Positions 51,495 to 64,000 of a DNA stretch of 64,000 nucleotides are shown here, in pieces. The notes under the pieces are model-generated. The model ran no database searches, was not told the DNA's origin, and saw only the letters and a list, made by a program, of their open reading frames with translations. Every line of letters starts with the position of its first letter. The stretch's first letter is position 1. The DNA comes from Eledone cirrhosa (taxonomy: Eukaryota). Made by a program: the position numbers and the translations under genes. The stretch is taken from NCBI GenBank assembly GCA_964016885.1, contig OZ024754.1:12214001-12278000 (forward strand), written 5' to 3'.

Positions 51495-52445
51495 TTAGAT
51501 GCAACATTTTTGGAATGTTTTACATATTTTTACTGTTCCATTAATGGATTGTACTTGTAATTTCCTAACTAGTTGTGTTCTTTCTGTTCCTGTGAAGCCT
51601 AGCTTCTCAAGATTTGTATTGAGGCAGTTACTAACATACCCCAGTGCCCCAATAATCACAGGCATAAATATGAAGGTGTAATCAGGGTGGAGTATCTGCA
51701 GATTTCTCATCAGTTCTGCATAAATATTCTCCTTTTCGCTAATCTTTGATATTATATTGCTGTCAATGCTTTCTTCTCCCTGTCCCATATCATAATATCT
51801 GGTCTGTTATGCCTGCATTTTATTGGGGTTTTTACTGGAACATTCCACCAGTACTCTTTCATATTATGTACATGGATGTCTTCCACATTGCTGTAGCTTT
51901 TAATGTGTTTATTATCGGGGCTATCTTTTTTACGAACTGCATTGTACAGTGTTTTGGGCCACTACATCATGCCTCATAGTTAGATAGTACTGCGATGACA
52001 TCTTTGGACAGCTGCTGATGACATGGGTGATATCCTCGATGTTAGTTCTGCAGAGTCTGCACTTGTTATCACATCTAGGTGTTTTGCCTGCATCCCTATC
52101 TCTTTTGTGAATCAGGTATTTTGTGTTAATCTCCTGTTCTTGGATTGCAAAAGCGTATCCTTCAAAGTGGGAGCCAATATAGCGGTTGTTGGTCCAAGAT
52201 AGACTACTTTCCTTATCTATATTACTCTCACTCTGGAGCTTCCTGGCAACATATCCATGCATGATTTTTTGCTGATAAGTATGTAGTTTTTCATCCATGG
52301 ATTCACTGCGATACTGCTGAGCGACATCCCTGGGTGTGAGATTTTGATTATCACACAGGGAATATCTCTCAAGGAGTTCCTTCTCAACTCTCATGATCTT
52401 ATCTGTTTCATGCAGATAGACTTGCTCGAGAAACGGGCTCCTACG
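51495..52445 (-). mobile_element. Decayed restriction-like-endonuclease (RLE) non-LTR retrotransposon C-terminal fragment
   Basis: AIQEQEI, CRLC..EDITHVISSC..RHD CCHC knuckle, K..Y..L and PVIIGALG motifs; frameshifted. Confidence 0.8.
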
Positions 52446-52689
52446 CTTATGTATGTATGTACATTTGTATGTATGTATGCATGTGTGTATGTATGTGTGT
52501 GTATATGTGTGTGTGTGTATATATGTATGTATGTGTGTGTATGCATGTATGTGTGTGTGTGTATGTATCTATGTATGTGTGTGCGTGTATGTATGTACAT
52601 TTGTATATAATGGTAGTGGTGTGCTGGTTGTGTTGTTGTGATTGTAGAGTATAATGTGGTGTGTTGTGTGGTAATGGTAGTGGTATGTT

Positions 52690-53070
52690 GGTTGTGTTGT
52701 TGTGTGGTAGCAGTTGTGTGGTAATGGTGGTGGTGTGTTGTATGATGGTGTTGTGTGGTAGCAGTTGTGTGGTAATGGTGGTGGTGTGTTGTAAGATGGT
52801 GTTGTGTGGTAGCAGTTGTGTGGTAATGGTGGTGGTGTGTTGTAAGATGGTGTTGTGTTGTAACAGTTGTGTGGTAATGGTGGTGGTGTGTTGTAAGATG
52901 GTGTTGTGTGGTAGCAGTTGTGTGGTAATGGTGGTGGTGTGTTGTATGATGGTGTTGTGTGGTAGCAGTTGTGTGGTAATGGTGGTGGTGTGTTGTAAGA
53001 TGGTGTTGTGTGGTAGCAGTTGTGTGGTAATGGTGGTGGTATGTTGTATGATGGTGTTGTGTGGTAGAAG
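52690..53070. repeat. 51-bp GT-rich minisatellite
   Basis: Directly visible; 17-aa periodic ORFs. Confidence 0.9.
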
Positions 53071-53249
53071 TTGTGTATTGTGAGAAGGGCTTCTGATGAA
53101 AGACATTCAAACAAGAACCTTCCATATATTTTTTTGAAGTATAAATTAATTTATTAAATATAAATTGGTCAAAAGAAAACAGCATTGGAAAGGACTACTC
53201 CTGTAGAACCTTCCACAGCAGGTCCCAAGGAACGCAGCCATATGCATTT

Positions 53250-53535
53250 TAAAAGGTTGACAAAACAAGAATATACCTCTTGGCAATACTTCCATGGTTC
53301 CTTGAAGACCTGTCTGAATATTTGGTGTGAATAATTGGTCAACTGTGCTGACCAAATATTGACACTGTGGCAGGTCTTTTCACTGTTCATCAGCTAGCTT
53401 GGGTTCTACAATCTCCCTACATCTCTTTGCCAGACACCCAGCAGAGGCTTTACTTGGGAGGCTTAACAAGGAGATCCCTTTGTAATTGGAACAATCTGTT
53501 TTGTCTCCCTTTCTGAAAATTGGGATTATCTCTAG
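53250..53535 (-). mobile_element. Decayed LINE reverse-transcriptase fragment
   Basis: IIPIFRKGDKTDCSNYKGISLLS motif. Confidence 0.7.
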
Positions 53536-54104
53536 TAATGAAGTAATCAATAATTTTATTGAATCCCTCAAAATTCTTCATTAGTTAAACGAAATAAGGT
53601 GTATTTCTATGTTAAAAATACAATCACACAGGGGCTAAGTTGGTAGAGTGTGATTTGAGAAAGATTTGGTAGCAATTTCCAGCAGGTCAAACGGCCATAT
53701 ACAAACTCTCTTGTGTTGGCTCATGTTAATATAAAATAAAACTGGATTATGGTGATGACCATAATGAAAAATATGATGGTTGTGGCTGTAGTGTTGGTGT
53801 TGTTTGTGCCAGTAGTGGTATATTAGTGGTGGTAGTGGTTTCAGTGTAAAGGGATTTTGGCCAAAGAACCTCTGCATACACATCTCTTTTATCAGCTCTC
53901 ATGCCAGATTTTTGACGCCACTGTTTGATGTTTAATCAACAGTTACACAGACAGACACAGGAAAGATTTGATGTTTGTCAGTATTTTTTTTGTATTTTGT
54001 ATGTTATTTTTTTTTATTTTTTGCTCTTGTTTTTGAAACTGAATACCAACAAATGAAGGAAATTTTCTTAAGAAATTCTGTCTACTTTAGACCACATATT
54101 TCTG

Positions 54105-55620
54105 CATGTCTATATGTATATATACTATATATTCCTGTGTGTCTATATGTATATATACTATATATTCCTGTGTGTCTATATGTATATATACTATATATTC
54201 CAGTGTGTCTATATGTATATATACTATATATTCCTGTGTGTCTATATGTATATATACTATATATTCCTGTGTGTCTATATGTATATATACTATATATTCC
54301 TGTGTGTCTATATGTATATATACTATATATTCCTGTGTGTCTATATGTATATATACTATATATTCCTGTGTGTCTATATGTATATATACTATATATTCTT
54401 GTGTGTCTATATGTATATATACTATATATTTCTGTGTGTCTATATGTATATATACTATATATTCCTGTGTGTCTATATGTATATATACTATATATTCCTG
54501 TGTGTCTATATGTATATATACTATATATTCCTGTGTGTCTATATGTATATATACTATATATTCCTGTGTGTCTATATGTATATATACTATATATTCCTGT
54601 GTGTCTATATGTATATATACTATATATTCCTGTGTGTCTATATGTATATATACTATATATTCCTGTGTGTCTATATGTATATATACTATATATTCCTGTG
54701 TGTCTATATGTATATATACTATATATTCCTGTGTGTCTATATGTATATATACTATATATTCCTGTGTGTCTATATGTATATATACTATATATTCCTGTGT
54801 GTCTATATGTATATATACTATATATTCCTGTGTGTCTATATGTATATATACTATATATTCCTGTGTGTCTATATACTACATATTCCAGTGTGTATATATG
54901 TGTATATACTATATATTCATGTGTGTCTATATACTACATATTCCAGTGTGTATATATGTGTATATACTATATATTCCTGTGTGTTTATATACTACATATT
55001 CCAGTGTGTATATATGTGTATATACTATATATTCCTGTGTGTCTATATACTACATATTCTAGTGTGTCTATATGTATATATACTATATATTCCTGTGTGT
55101 CTATATACTACATATTCCAGTGTGTATATATGTGTATATACTATATATTCCTGTGTGTCTATATACTACATATTCCAGTGTGTATATATGTGTATATACT
55201 ATATATTCCTGTGTGTTTATATACTACATATTCCAGTGTGTATATATGTGTATATACTATATATTCCTGTGTGTTTATATACTACATATTCCAGTGTGTA
55301 TATATGTGTATATACTATATATTCCTGTGTGTTAATATACTACATATTCCAGTGTGTATATATGTGTATATACTATATCTTCCTGTGTGTTTATATACTA
55401 TATATTCATGTGTGTATGTATGTGTATATATACAACATATTCCTGTGTCTATATGTGTATATACAAACATATTCCTGTGTCTATATGTGTATATACAACA
55501 TATTCCTATGTCTGTATGTGTATATACAATATATTTCTGTGTGTCTATATATGTATACACAATATATTCCTATGTCTGTATGTGTATATACAATATATTT
55601 CTGTGTGTCTATATATGTAT
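54105..55620. repeat. 33-bp minisatellite (CTATATGTATATATACTATATATTCCTGTGTGT) grading into a longer dimeric unit after about 54870
   Basis: Directly visible; 11-aa periodic ORFs. Confidence 0.95.
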
Positions 55621-55844
55621 AACAACAACATGGCCAACACCATAACAACACCACCACCACCACCACCACAACCACCACTCCTCCCACCAATAACCACCAC
55701 CCACCACCACCACTCCCACCACCGCCACAACCACCACTCCTCCCACCACCATCACCAACAACACTCCTCCCACCACCACCATCACCACCACCACCACCAC
55801 CACCATCAACTCTGACTCTGCCACTACAACACTTTCTAGTCTAT

Positions 55845-56360
55845 TAAATAAAGACAGAAACAAATAAACAAATAAACAAATACATAAATAAATAAATAAA
55901 CAAATAAATAAATAAACAAAGAAATAAACAAAGAAATAAATAAACAAACAAATAAATAAACAAATAAATAAATAAATAAACAAATAAATAAATAAACAAA
56001 TAAATAAATAAACAAATAAATAAATAAACAAACAAATAAATAAACAAATAAATAAATAAACAAACAAATAAATAAACAAATAAATAAATAATTAAACAAA
56101 CAAATAAATAAACAAATAAACAAAAAACAAAAACAAATAAACAAATAAATAAATAAACAAATAAATAAACAAATAAATAAACAAACAAATAAATAAACAA
56201 ATAAACAAAAAAAACAAAAACAAATAAACAAATAAATAAATAAACAAATAAATAAACAAATAAATAAATAAATAAATAAACAAATAAATAAACAAATAAA
56301 TAAACAAATAAACAAATAAATAAACAAACAAACAAATAAATAAACAAATAAATAAATAAA
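55845..56360. repeat. (AAAT/AAAC)n microsatellite
   Basis: Directly visible. Confidence 0.95.
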
Positions 56361-56368
56361 ATTCTTAC

Positions 56369-56597
56369 CTTTTGAACGCATCCCAAAAACGATGTAGAAA
56401 TGTTGGCATATTTGGATGTTTCATCAAAGCTCTGATGTCCCCCAATGTAAAGGTCTTGCAAAAGGGTCAACTGGGTATAAGCTCCCTGAGACAGACCTTC
56501 GGCGCGGGGCTGGTTGTCAACCTCCAAGATACCATCACGTCCTGTACGAGATAGTTTCACAATATGCCAGTTGCCTAAACTGACCGCATGAGGACTC
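56369..56597 (-). CDS. Pikachurin/EGFLAM-like coding exon, LamG (SPHAVSLGNWHIVKLSRTGRDGILEVD...LYIGG...SFLGCVQK); upstream exons lie beyond the window end
   Basis: cccgcAG acceptor and GTaaga donor; phase 0 joins the 36465 exon across a 19.9-kb intron; LamG-EGF-LamG-stop architecture fits pikachurin (agrin and perlecan are alternatives). Confidence 0.9.
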
Positions 56598-56664
56598 CTG
56601 CGGGGGGCGGGGGGAGGGGGAGGAAGACAAGGAAGATATAGATAGATAAATATAAATATAAATA

Positions 56665-56721
56665 TATCACCACCATCATCACCATCATCATCACCACCAT
56701 CATCACCATCATCATAACCAC

Positions 56722-56768
<47 letters not shown>

Positions 56769-57455
56769 CCATCATCATCACCATCATCATCACCATCATC
56801 ATCATCATCAACACCGTTGTCATCACCACCATCATCATCATCACCATCATCACCATCATCATAACCTCTACCATCATCATCACCATTATCACCATCATTA
56901 TCACCATCATCATCACCACCATCATCATCATCACCATCACCATCACCATCATCACCATCACCATCACCATCATCATCATAACCACTACCATCAACATCAT
57001 CATCATCATCACCATCATCATCACCATAACCACTACCATCAACATCATCATCACCATCATCATCACCATCATCATCACCATCATAACCTCTACCATCACT
57101 ATTATCATCATCAACACCGTTGTCATCAACATTGTCGTCATCATCATCATCATCGTTTTCCTCATCATCATCATCGTGATCATCGTGATCATCGTCATCA
57201 TCATCACCATCAACACCGTTGTCATCATCATCATCGTCACCATCACCATCATCATCATCATCACCATCAACACCGTTGTCACCATCATCATCGTCATCAT
57301 CATTACCATCATCATAGCCTCTACCATCACCATCATCATCATCAGCATCAACACCGTTGTCATCATCATCATCGTCACCATCACCATCATCATCATCTTC
57401 ACCATCAACACTGTTGTCATCATCATCATCATCATCGTCATCAACATCAACATCG
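56665..57455. repeat. (CAT/CAC)n simple repeat
   Basis: Directly visible. Confidence 0.95.
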
Positions 57456-57849
57456 CTGTTTACTGTCTATTTTGCATGCTTGCATAGGTGAAACAGGTTG
57501 TCACATTATGAGGCTTGACAGGGCATGTGACAACATCATGCTTATATGATCTGGTTTTAGGTTGGGTTTCTATGGCTGGACCCCCTCCTAAATCTACCCC
57601 CCCTTACAGGGTGGACTGGGTGTTTTTGTTGTGTCAACAATATGACCACTTTACATGGTGAACTGGCTGCTTTTCCCCATGGCACAAGTACAACCACCTT
57701 ACTGGATGGACTGTATGTATATATATATGTATGTATAGCCCATACTAACATGGAAGATGGACGTTAAACAATGATGATGATGATATATATATATATATAT
57801 ATACAGAGAGAGAGAGAGAGAGAGACATATATACATAGAATGTAGTATA

Positions 57850-58240
57850 GTTAATACGGGGCATTATGAGATATGTAATAATTGATGAGAACTTCAGAAA
57901 GCTGGTACAATGTGGTAGAAATATATAAAACAAAACAAAATAATGTATTTTACGTAGTATATTTCTATATTTCAGGGTTAGTACCCTCTTTTCAAATGTA
58001 AAACAAAAACAATGTGTTCTTTCTTAACTGGCCCAAGTGTGTGGATTGTGGATGTGTGGAGCAGTCAGATGCCACACTGCTCCATATAGTTCTGTACTAT
58101 TGTTTATTCATGGTTTCTGTGTATTGATGATTAAAGCTTCTTTAATCCTTAAATTCCCCACATTCCTTTCCATCACTTCTTAAGCTGTTTTTGACAGATG
58201 AAGCTCACATTGTTATGTGCTCCAAATTTCTAGGGAAGTA
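57850..58240 (-). mobile_element. Decayed Penelope-like element 3' fragment (GIY-YIG endonuclease end plus degenerate hammerhead)
   Basis: Minus strand reads EVMERNVGNLRIKEALIINTQKP*INN (Penelope LxIKEAxxIxxxKPxLN motif); downstream TTGAAAA-GAGGG..CCCT-GAAA-TATA. Confidence 0.6.
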
Positions 58241-58608
58241 TACAGACAATTAAATTGACTCTTCTACTTGAGCAATACTTTTTTTATGAAGCTGGATAAA
58301 AGGCAAAGATTGCTCCAGCTTAATTTGAAATCAGAATAGAAGTGGATGTAGCTAAAACACTGCAAAACATTTTATCTGTCATTTTACTGATTCTGCCATC
58401 CATTGCTTTTATAAATCTGTATGGTTATCCATTAAGTTGATTGCATAAAACCCCTAGGTTCAGATATGTAATCTTATTTTCCTTAAATATAACAACACAC
58501 ACACACACATATCTTCATCATCATTTTCACATCTACTTTCTATGCTGGCATTGGATGGATGGATGGATGGTTGTTATGACCTGAGTTAGATCATGAATAA
58601 ATCAAATA

Positions 58609-58678
<70 letters not shown>

Positions 58679-61600
58679 ATTGGCAATATTGGCAGTATGA
58701 TGATCCCCAAATATCTGTTTCAACACATAACTTAACATCAAGAATCTTGCAAAACACACACATGCATATATATATATATATAGGCCTTGTGTACGAGGAC
58801 GGAGCAGAATCTGATTTTCTGCCTCGGGTCCAGTTTCCATAATAGACTCAATTCCCCTCCCCAATTTCTTTAATCTTTCACACATATGCTTGTGCTTACA
58901 TCCCTAGCCCTAGCCCCCATCATGTTTACCCTGTCTGTTGTAATACACACACATGCATACTTTCACCCTCTACGTCCCTATGGCTCTGTTATGGTCAGAA
59001 ACATACTCTTACAGTTTATACAGACCAACAAAAGACATACACACACACCTCTATATTTACCTCCATAGCTCTGTACACACACACACACACTCCCTTATAT
59101 ACACATACTTTTGCTCACAGCTTTGTACATACAAGCACACACGCATACTCTTTTGCTTACATATACATACACATATCCTCTTAGTTTTGTACGGACGTAT
59201 ATTAAAACACATACACACACACACATACAACTCTATATACAAAACAGTATATAGATTATGCTTTAAAACAAATAGTGGTTTATAATCAAATGGTTTAAAT
59301 AAATAGACTTGACACATTCACACATATGCAAAAACACACAGATACATGCACGCAAACACTGAAACACACACATATGGTATGGTAAGGACCAGTAACTCCC
59401 GAGAGAGTCATATGGGTGCCATATTGACAAACAACATTTCTTAGGGCATTTTTTAAAACCTGACAGAGCCCATCCCCTCTCCAGGTCTCAAGTGAGAGAA
59501 TGGAAGTGAAACAGATATAAAGGAAGAATCAACCCCAGTACTAGACTGGTACTTTTTTTATTGATAACAAACAACATTTCTTAGGGCCTTTTTTAAAACC
59601 TGGCAGAACCCATGCCCTCTCCAGGTCTCAATACAGCATATTTCTTCCAGAGAAGGATAGAGAGTGAGAGAATGGAAGTGAGACAGAGATATAAAGGAAG
59701 AATCAACCCTAGTACTAGACTGGTACTTTTTTTATTGACCTCGAAAGGATAACTGGTAAAGTTGACCTCAGCGGGATTTGAACTCAGAGAACAGAAACGA
59801 ATACTGCAAAGCATTCTTTACAACGTAATGATGACTCTACCAATACACTGCCTTATAGAACCCAGTACGATACTGGTACTTTTTTTTATTGACACACACC
59901 TATACCATTTATAAATATGTAGATATTTTGTAAATGTTTGTTGGATAGTTACATTATGTAGATGTTGACTGCATAGATAGAGTATGTAGACATAAATTAA
60001 CTAAGGTTTGTAGATATCTTGATAAACACATCCACAAGATATTGAACAGAGAAATAAAAATCTGGGGATATTGACTGAACTGTCTCAGTTTGCAAGATAA
60101 GAACTGGTTTTCCATATAATGAGACATTGATTTATGACTTATCAATCCTAAGTTACGATGCTATTCTTATCCCTGTGGTATTTAATTTCACAACTTTCTG
60201 TAATATATTACTGGTATTTACTCTTTAAAGGTCAAAAGTAGAATAAAAAGTTGAATTACTCTTAATACAATGGTTTCGGATTTAGGCACAAGGTTAAACA
60301 TTTTTTTTTTTTTGTGGTGGAGGTAATCGATTAAATCAACCCCAATGTGTTACTGGTACTTTATTTTATCAACCCTGTAAGGATGAAAGGCAAAGCTAAC
60401 CTCAGCGGGAGTTGAACTCAGAACATAAAGGGTTGTACTGTATCCCATGATGCATGTTGTCTCATGTTCTACCGATACTGCCAATCCATGTCCAATTATT
60501 TAATTTCACAAAAGGGTGGTGGATTGGCAGTATCGGTAGAGAGTCGGACAACATGCTTTGCAGCACAGAGTTATGGCTCTTTACGTTCTGAATTCAAATC
60601 CTGCCGAGGTTAGATTTGCCTTTCATCCTTACAGGGTTGATAAAATAAACACCAGTAATGCACTGGGGTCAATATAATCGATTTTCTCTTACCCCGCAAA
60701 ATTGCTGGCCTTGTGTCTAAAGTAAAACAATTATTTAGTTTCACAATTTTTTGCAATATATTACCGGTATCTAGTCTTTAAAGGTCAATAGCAGAACAAA
60801 AAGCTGAATCATTCTTAATAAAATTTGAAACTAGAAAAATGATATTAAAAAATGTAAGCTTGTTTTGTTACACATTGGTGTTAAAAATGATATCCAATTA
60901 TTTCTTTTTGAAGCATTTTTTCAGCTCAGAGATTAAAGGAATAAGTGATAGATTTATTATCTTTCTACAAGAGATATTACAAGGAGAAAAATAACAAGAA
61001 TACATTAAAAAATATTCATAATAATAATAATAATAATAGTAATAATAATAGTAATAAAAATAATAATAGTAATAAAAATAATAATGATGATAATAGTAAT
61101 AAAAATAATAATATTAATAATAATATAATAATCAACATATTAAATCAACGCTGTTCACAAAATAAACCAGTAAATTGTAAAAAAAAAGGAAACATTATTT
61201 TAAATATAAGGACTGATAAAAACAACAAAAGCCACTGTATACAATAACAACAACCTTGATTAGATTATCAAACAAAGACATAACAGAGAAACGGTTTATT
61301 TCTATTTATTTGTCATGTTGTGTAAACATAAACTAATTTACTACTGTTGTTGTTGATGTTGTTTTTGTTGCTGTTCTCAAAATTTCTCTCTCTCTCTCTA
61401 TATATATATATATCATCATCATCAGCATTTTTACGTTCGCTTTTTCCTGCTTGCAAGGGTGGGACGGGAACTGATTCTCACTTGATTTCTACAGCTGGAT
61501 GCCCTTCCTAACACCAACCTCATTTACAGTGAGTGCTGGGTGCTTTTTTGCCGTGGCACCTCCATGACCACTTTGCAGTGGAATGATAGGGACCCCAGTC

Positions 61601-61792
61601 CTATCATCTCATTTCTACAGCTGAGTAAACTGGAGCAATGTGAAATAAAGTGTCTTGCTCAAGGAAACAACACATCACCCGGTCTGAGAATTGAACTCAC
61701 AACCTTTCGATTGCAAGGCCAATGCTCTAACCATTAAGCTATATATATATATATCATCATCATCATTTAACGTCTATCTTCCATGCTAGTAT

Positions 61793-61832
<40 letters not shown>

Positions 61833-61895
61833 TTAGTCTTCACATTTATTATTATTACTATATATATATGTGTGTGTGTATATAAATATATATAC

Positions 61896-61939
<44 letters not shown>

Positions 61940-61944
61940 ACGAA

Positions 61945-61978
<34 letters not shown>

Positions 61979-62021
61979 ATACACATATATATACACATAT
62001 AAATATATGTGTGTGTACATA

Positions 62022-62065
<44 letters not shown>

Positions 62066-62394
62066 TATATATATATGTGTGTGTATATATATATATGTAC
62101 ATATATATATATATATGTGTGTATATATATATGTATATATATATGTACATATATAGATATATAGGAGATTGTCATGATCATCATAATTTTTACATCCATT
62201 TTTCCATGCTCTACTGCAGATTCCATTCACTGGGATTTCTTGGCACTTCTTTGGTTGGTTTTCTTGGTCACGCTTTATAACTATTGTGTTTAATTTGGAC
62301 CTAATGTTTTTAACTTTTGCTCCATTGAGTACTTTGTGTTTGCCTCAAATAAATCGAAAAGTACTTACTGTGCAACAGCTAAAACTTTATACCT

Positions 62395-62774
62395 ATTATA
62401 AGAAACTCACTCAGATGGTGGATGGGTGCTACACGAGAATGCTGAGGATGGCTCTGAACATTAATCAGTATACACTGAGGATGAAAAACTCAGAGCTGTA
62501 TGGGAGCCTCCCAAAAGTCAGCTCAAAAGTGACACAGAGGAGACTGAAGTTAGCTGGACATGCTCACCGACATCCAGAGTTGACATTGCACTCAGTGCTC
62601 CTGTGGGAGCCCCTACATGGACACACTGGAAGAGGAAGACCAAGGTTAACATATGTTGATGCCCTAAGGACAGACACTGGTCTGTTGGAGACGCAGGACA
62701 TGGCAGCGATAATGAGGGACAGAGAGCGCTGGAGAGAACTCGTCCATGGATCTCGGGAATTTTACCTGCCCTAG
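62395..62774 (+). mobile_element. RTE-like LINE 3' fragment
   Basis: DGCYTRMLRMALNI..RRLKLAGHAHRH..GRGRPRLTYVD..RERWR. Confidence 0.8.
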
Positions 62775-62799
62775 ATATATATATATATATATATATATG

Positions 62800-63178
62800 T
62801 CTAATGGTAGCTAAGATGCTTCCATAGGTGGTATGCCGGTTGAGCACTCTATGCTCCTACAGAGCAGAGTATGATATAATGGAAAACGAAAAATCAGTGA
62901 TGCATCTGAACTCAATTTATTGTGTGTTACAAGTGTTTCCCCGGCGAACAGCTCGAGGTGCGATCTGTGTGTGGATCGACCTGACTCTACACTCACAGGT
63001 TCCTCGGACATGTCTATTGATTTCGGAGCAAGAGGTAATGCTCCGAAATCAATAGACGTGTCCGAGGAACATGTGAGTCTAGAGTCAGGTCGATCCACCT
63101 CGAGCTGTTCGCCGGGGAAACACTTGTAACACACAATAAATTGAGTTCAGATGCATCACTGATTTTTCGTTTTCCATT
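62800..63178. mobile_element. Fold-back element: tail (reverse complement of 16340-16412) plus about 300-bp near-perfect palindrome (62878-63178)
   Basis: Arms pair except for a 13-nt insertion and a few mismatches; axis TTTC-GGAGCA-loop-TGCTCC-GAAA; (TA)n flanks. Confidence 0.85.
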
Positions 63179-63436
63179 CTATATCTATCTATATATATAT
63201 ATATATGTATATATATATAATTAAGTTAAAGTGTACATCTACATATGTATACGGAAGTATTAGTATGCATATAAATACACACATGTATACATATGTACAT
63301 GTACTGAGTTTTTCACTAGACACTTTACAGTGAGTGTCAGCTAGTCTGTATGTAACCACACAGACGGACCGGGTTTTAGAGTCATACGAGTTTTCAAGGA
63401 AACACATTTCCTCTATTCTCCAGAGAGCCAGACAGG

Positions 63437-63481
63437 AATATTGGACTAGTTTCGATGTTATTACATCTCATCAGCAATATT
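63437..63481 (-). ncRNA. Minimal type I hammerhead ribozyme, copy 1
   Basis: AATATTG-CTGATGA-GATGT-AATA-ACATC-GAAA-CTAG-TC-CAATATT; all stems perfect, GUC site. Confidence 0.9.
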
Positions 63482-63899
63482 TACCCATCTTCCGGCTTCT
63501 CTGGAGAATTGTAAAAGCACATATCGTTATATGCTTTTTCTATGAAAATTAGTAGTGGGTAGACTAATTTGCATAGAACGTGAGTCATTGTACGCACCGG
63601 TTCAGCGGAAACGATAAAAACAAATAACGAAACGAAATTAAATTTCGTTTCGCTTCTAACTCACTTTTGTATGACTGACGCTTAAACAATTAAGTTAAAG
63701 TGTACATCTACATAAGTATACGGAAGTATTAGTATGCATATAAATACACCCATGTATATATATGTACTGAGTTTTTCACTAGACACTTTACAGTGAGTGT
63801 CAGCTAGTCTGTATGTAACCACACAGACGGACCGGGTTTTAGAGTCATACGAGTTTTCAAGGAAACACATTTCCTCTATTCTCCAGAGAGCCAGACAGG

Positions 63900-63944
63900 A
63901 ATATTGGACTAGTTTCGATGTTATTACATCTCATCAGCAATATT
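63900..63944 (-). ncRNA. Minimal type I hammerhead ribozyme, copy 2 (identical to copy 1)
   Basis: Same sequence as 63437-63481, offset 463 nt. Confidence 0.9.
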
Positions 63945-64000
63945 TACCCATCTTCCGGCTTCTCTGGAGAATATATATATATATATATGTATACATATAT

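Larger units (their letters stand above)
63219..63972 (-). mobile_element. Retrozyme-like / Penelope pLTR-like partial tandem repeat (about 1.6 units of 463-469 bp) with two hammerheads
   Basis: 63219-63509 repeated at 63688-63972; no credible ORF; (TA)n on both sides. Confidence 0.85.

Noticed and set aside
40974-57487. Poly-N, poly-V, poly-T/H, poly-M and poly-L ORFs
   Set aside because: Trinucleotide simple repeats inside introns; stop-free by composition

Overview
AT-rich, microsatellite-dense eukaryotic genomic DNA; the SINE and repeat landscape suggests an octopod cephalopod (inference, not database-checked). Two intron-rich genes lie on the minus strand, and their exons were rebuilt from GT-AG junctions with consistent phases. 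One is the 5' seven coding exons (2854-11099) of a divergent methylcrotonoyl-CoA carboxylase beta (MCCC2-like) gene. The other is the last six coding exons (28220-56597) of a LamG-EGF-LamG pikachurin/EGFLAM-like gene. Introns and intergenic DNA hold two SINE families, hAT/piggyBac/Tc1-type MITEs, RTE/CR1/RLE LINE fragments and a long intact-frame Tx1-type LINE embedded in (TAGG)n. The most striking unannotated signal is a set of short non-coding, (TA)n-flanked elements carrying type I hammerhead ribozymes (stem I-CUGANGA-stem II-GAAA-stem III-UH). At 63.2-64.0 kb two identical perfect minimal hammerheads sit 463 nt apart in a direct repeat, a retrozyme/circular-RNA architecture. Intact or near-intact single hammerheads occur at 13.2, 13.6, 16.8, 27.0 and 29.6 kb. 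Several fold-back palindromes have their symmetry axis exactly in hammerhead stem II. These elements share a 3' ACTC..GAGT hairpin, and a Penelope GIY-YIG remnant at about 58.1 kb points to Penelope-like elements as their source or mobiliser.
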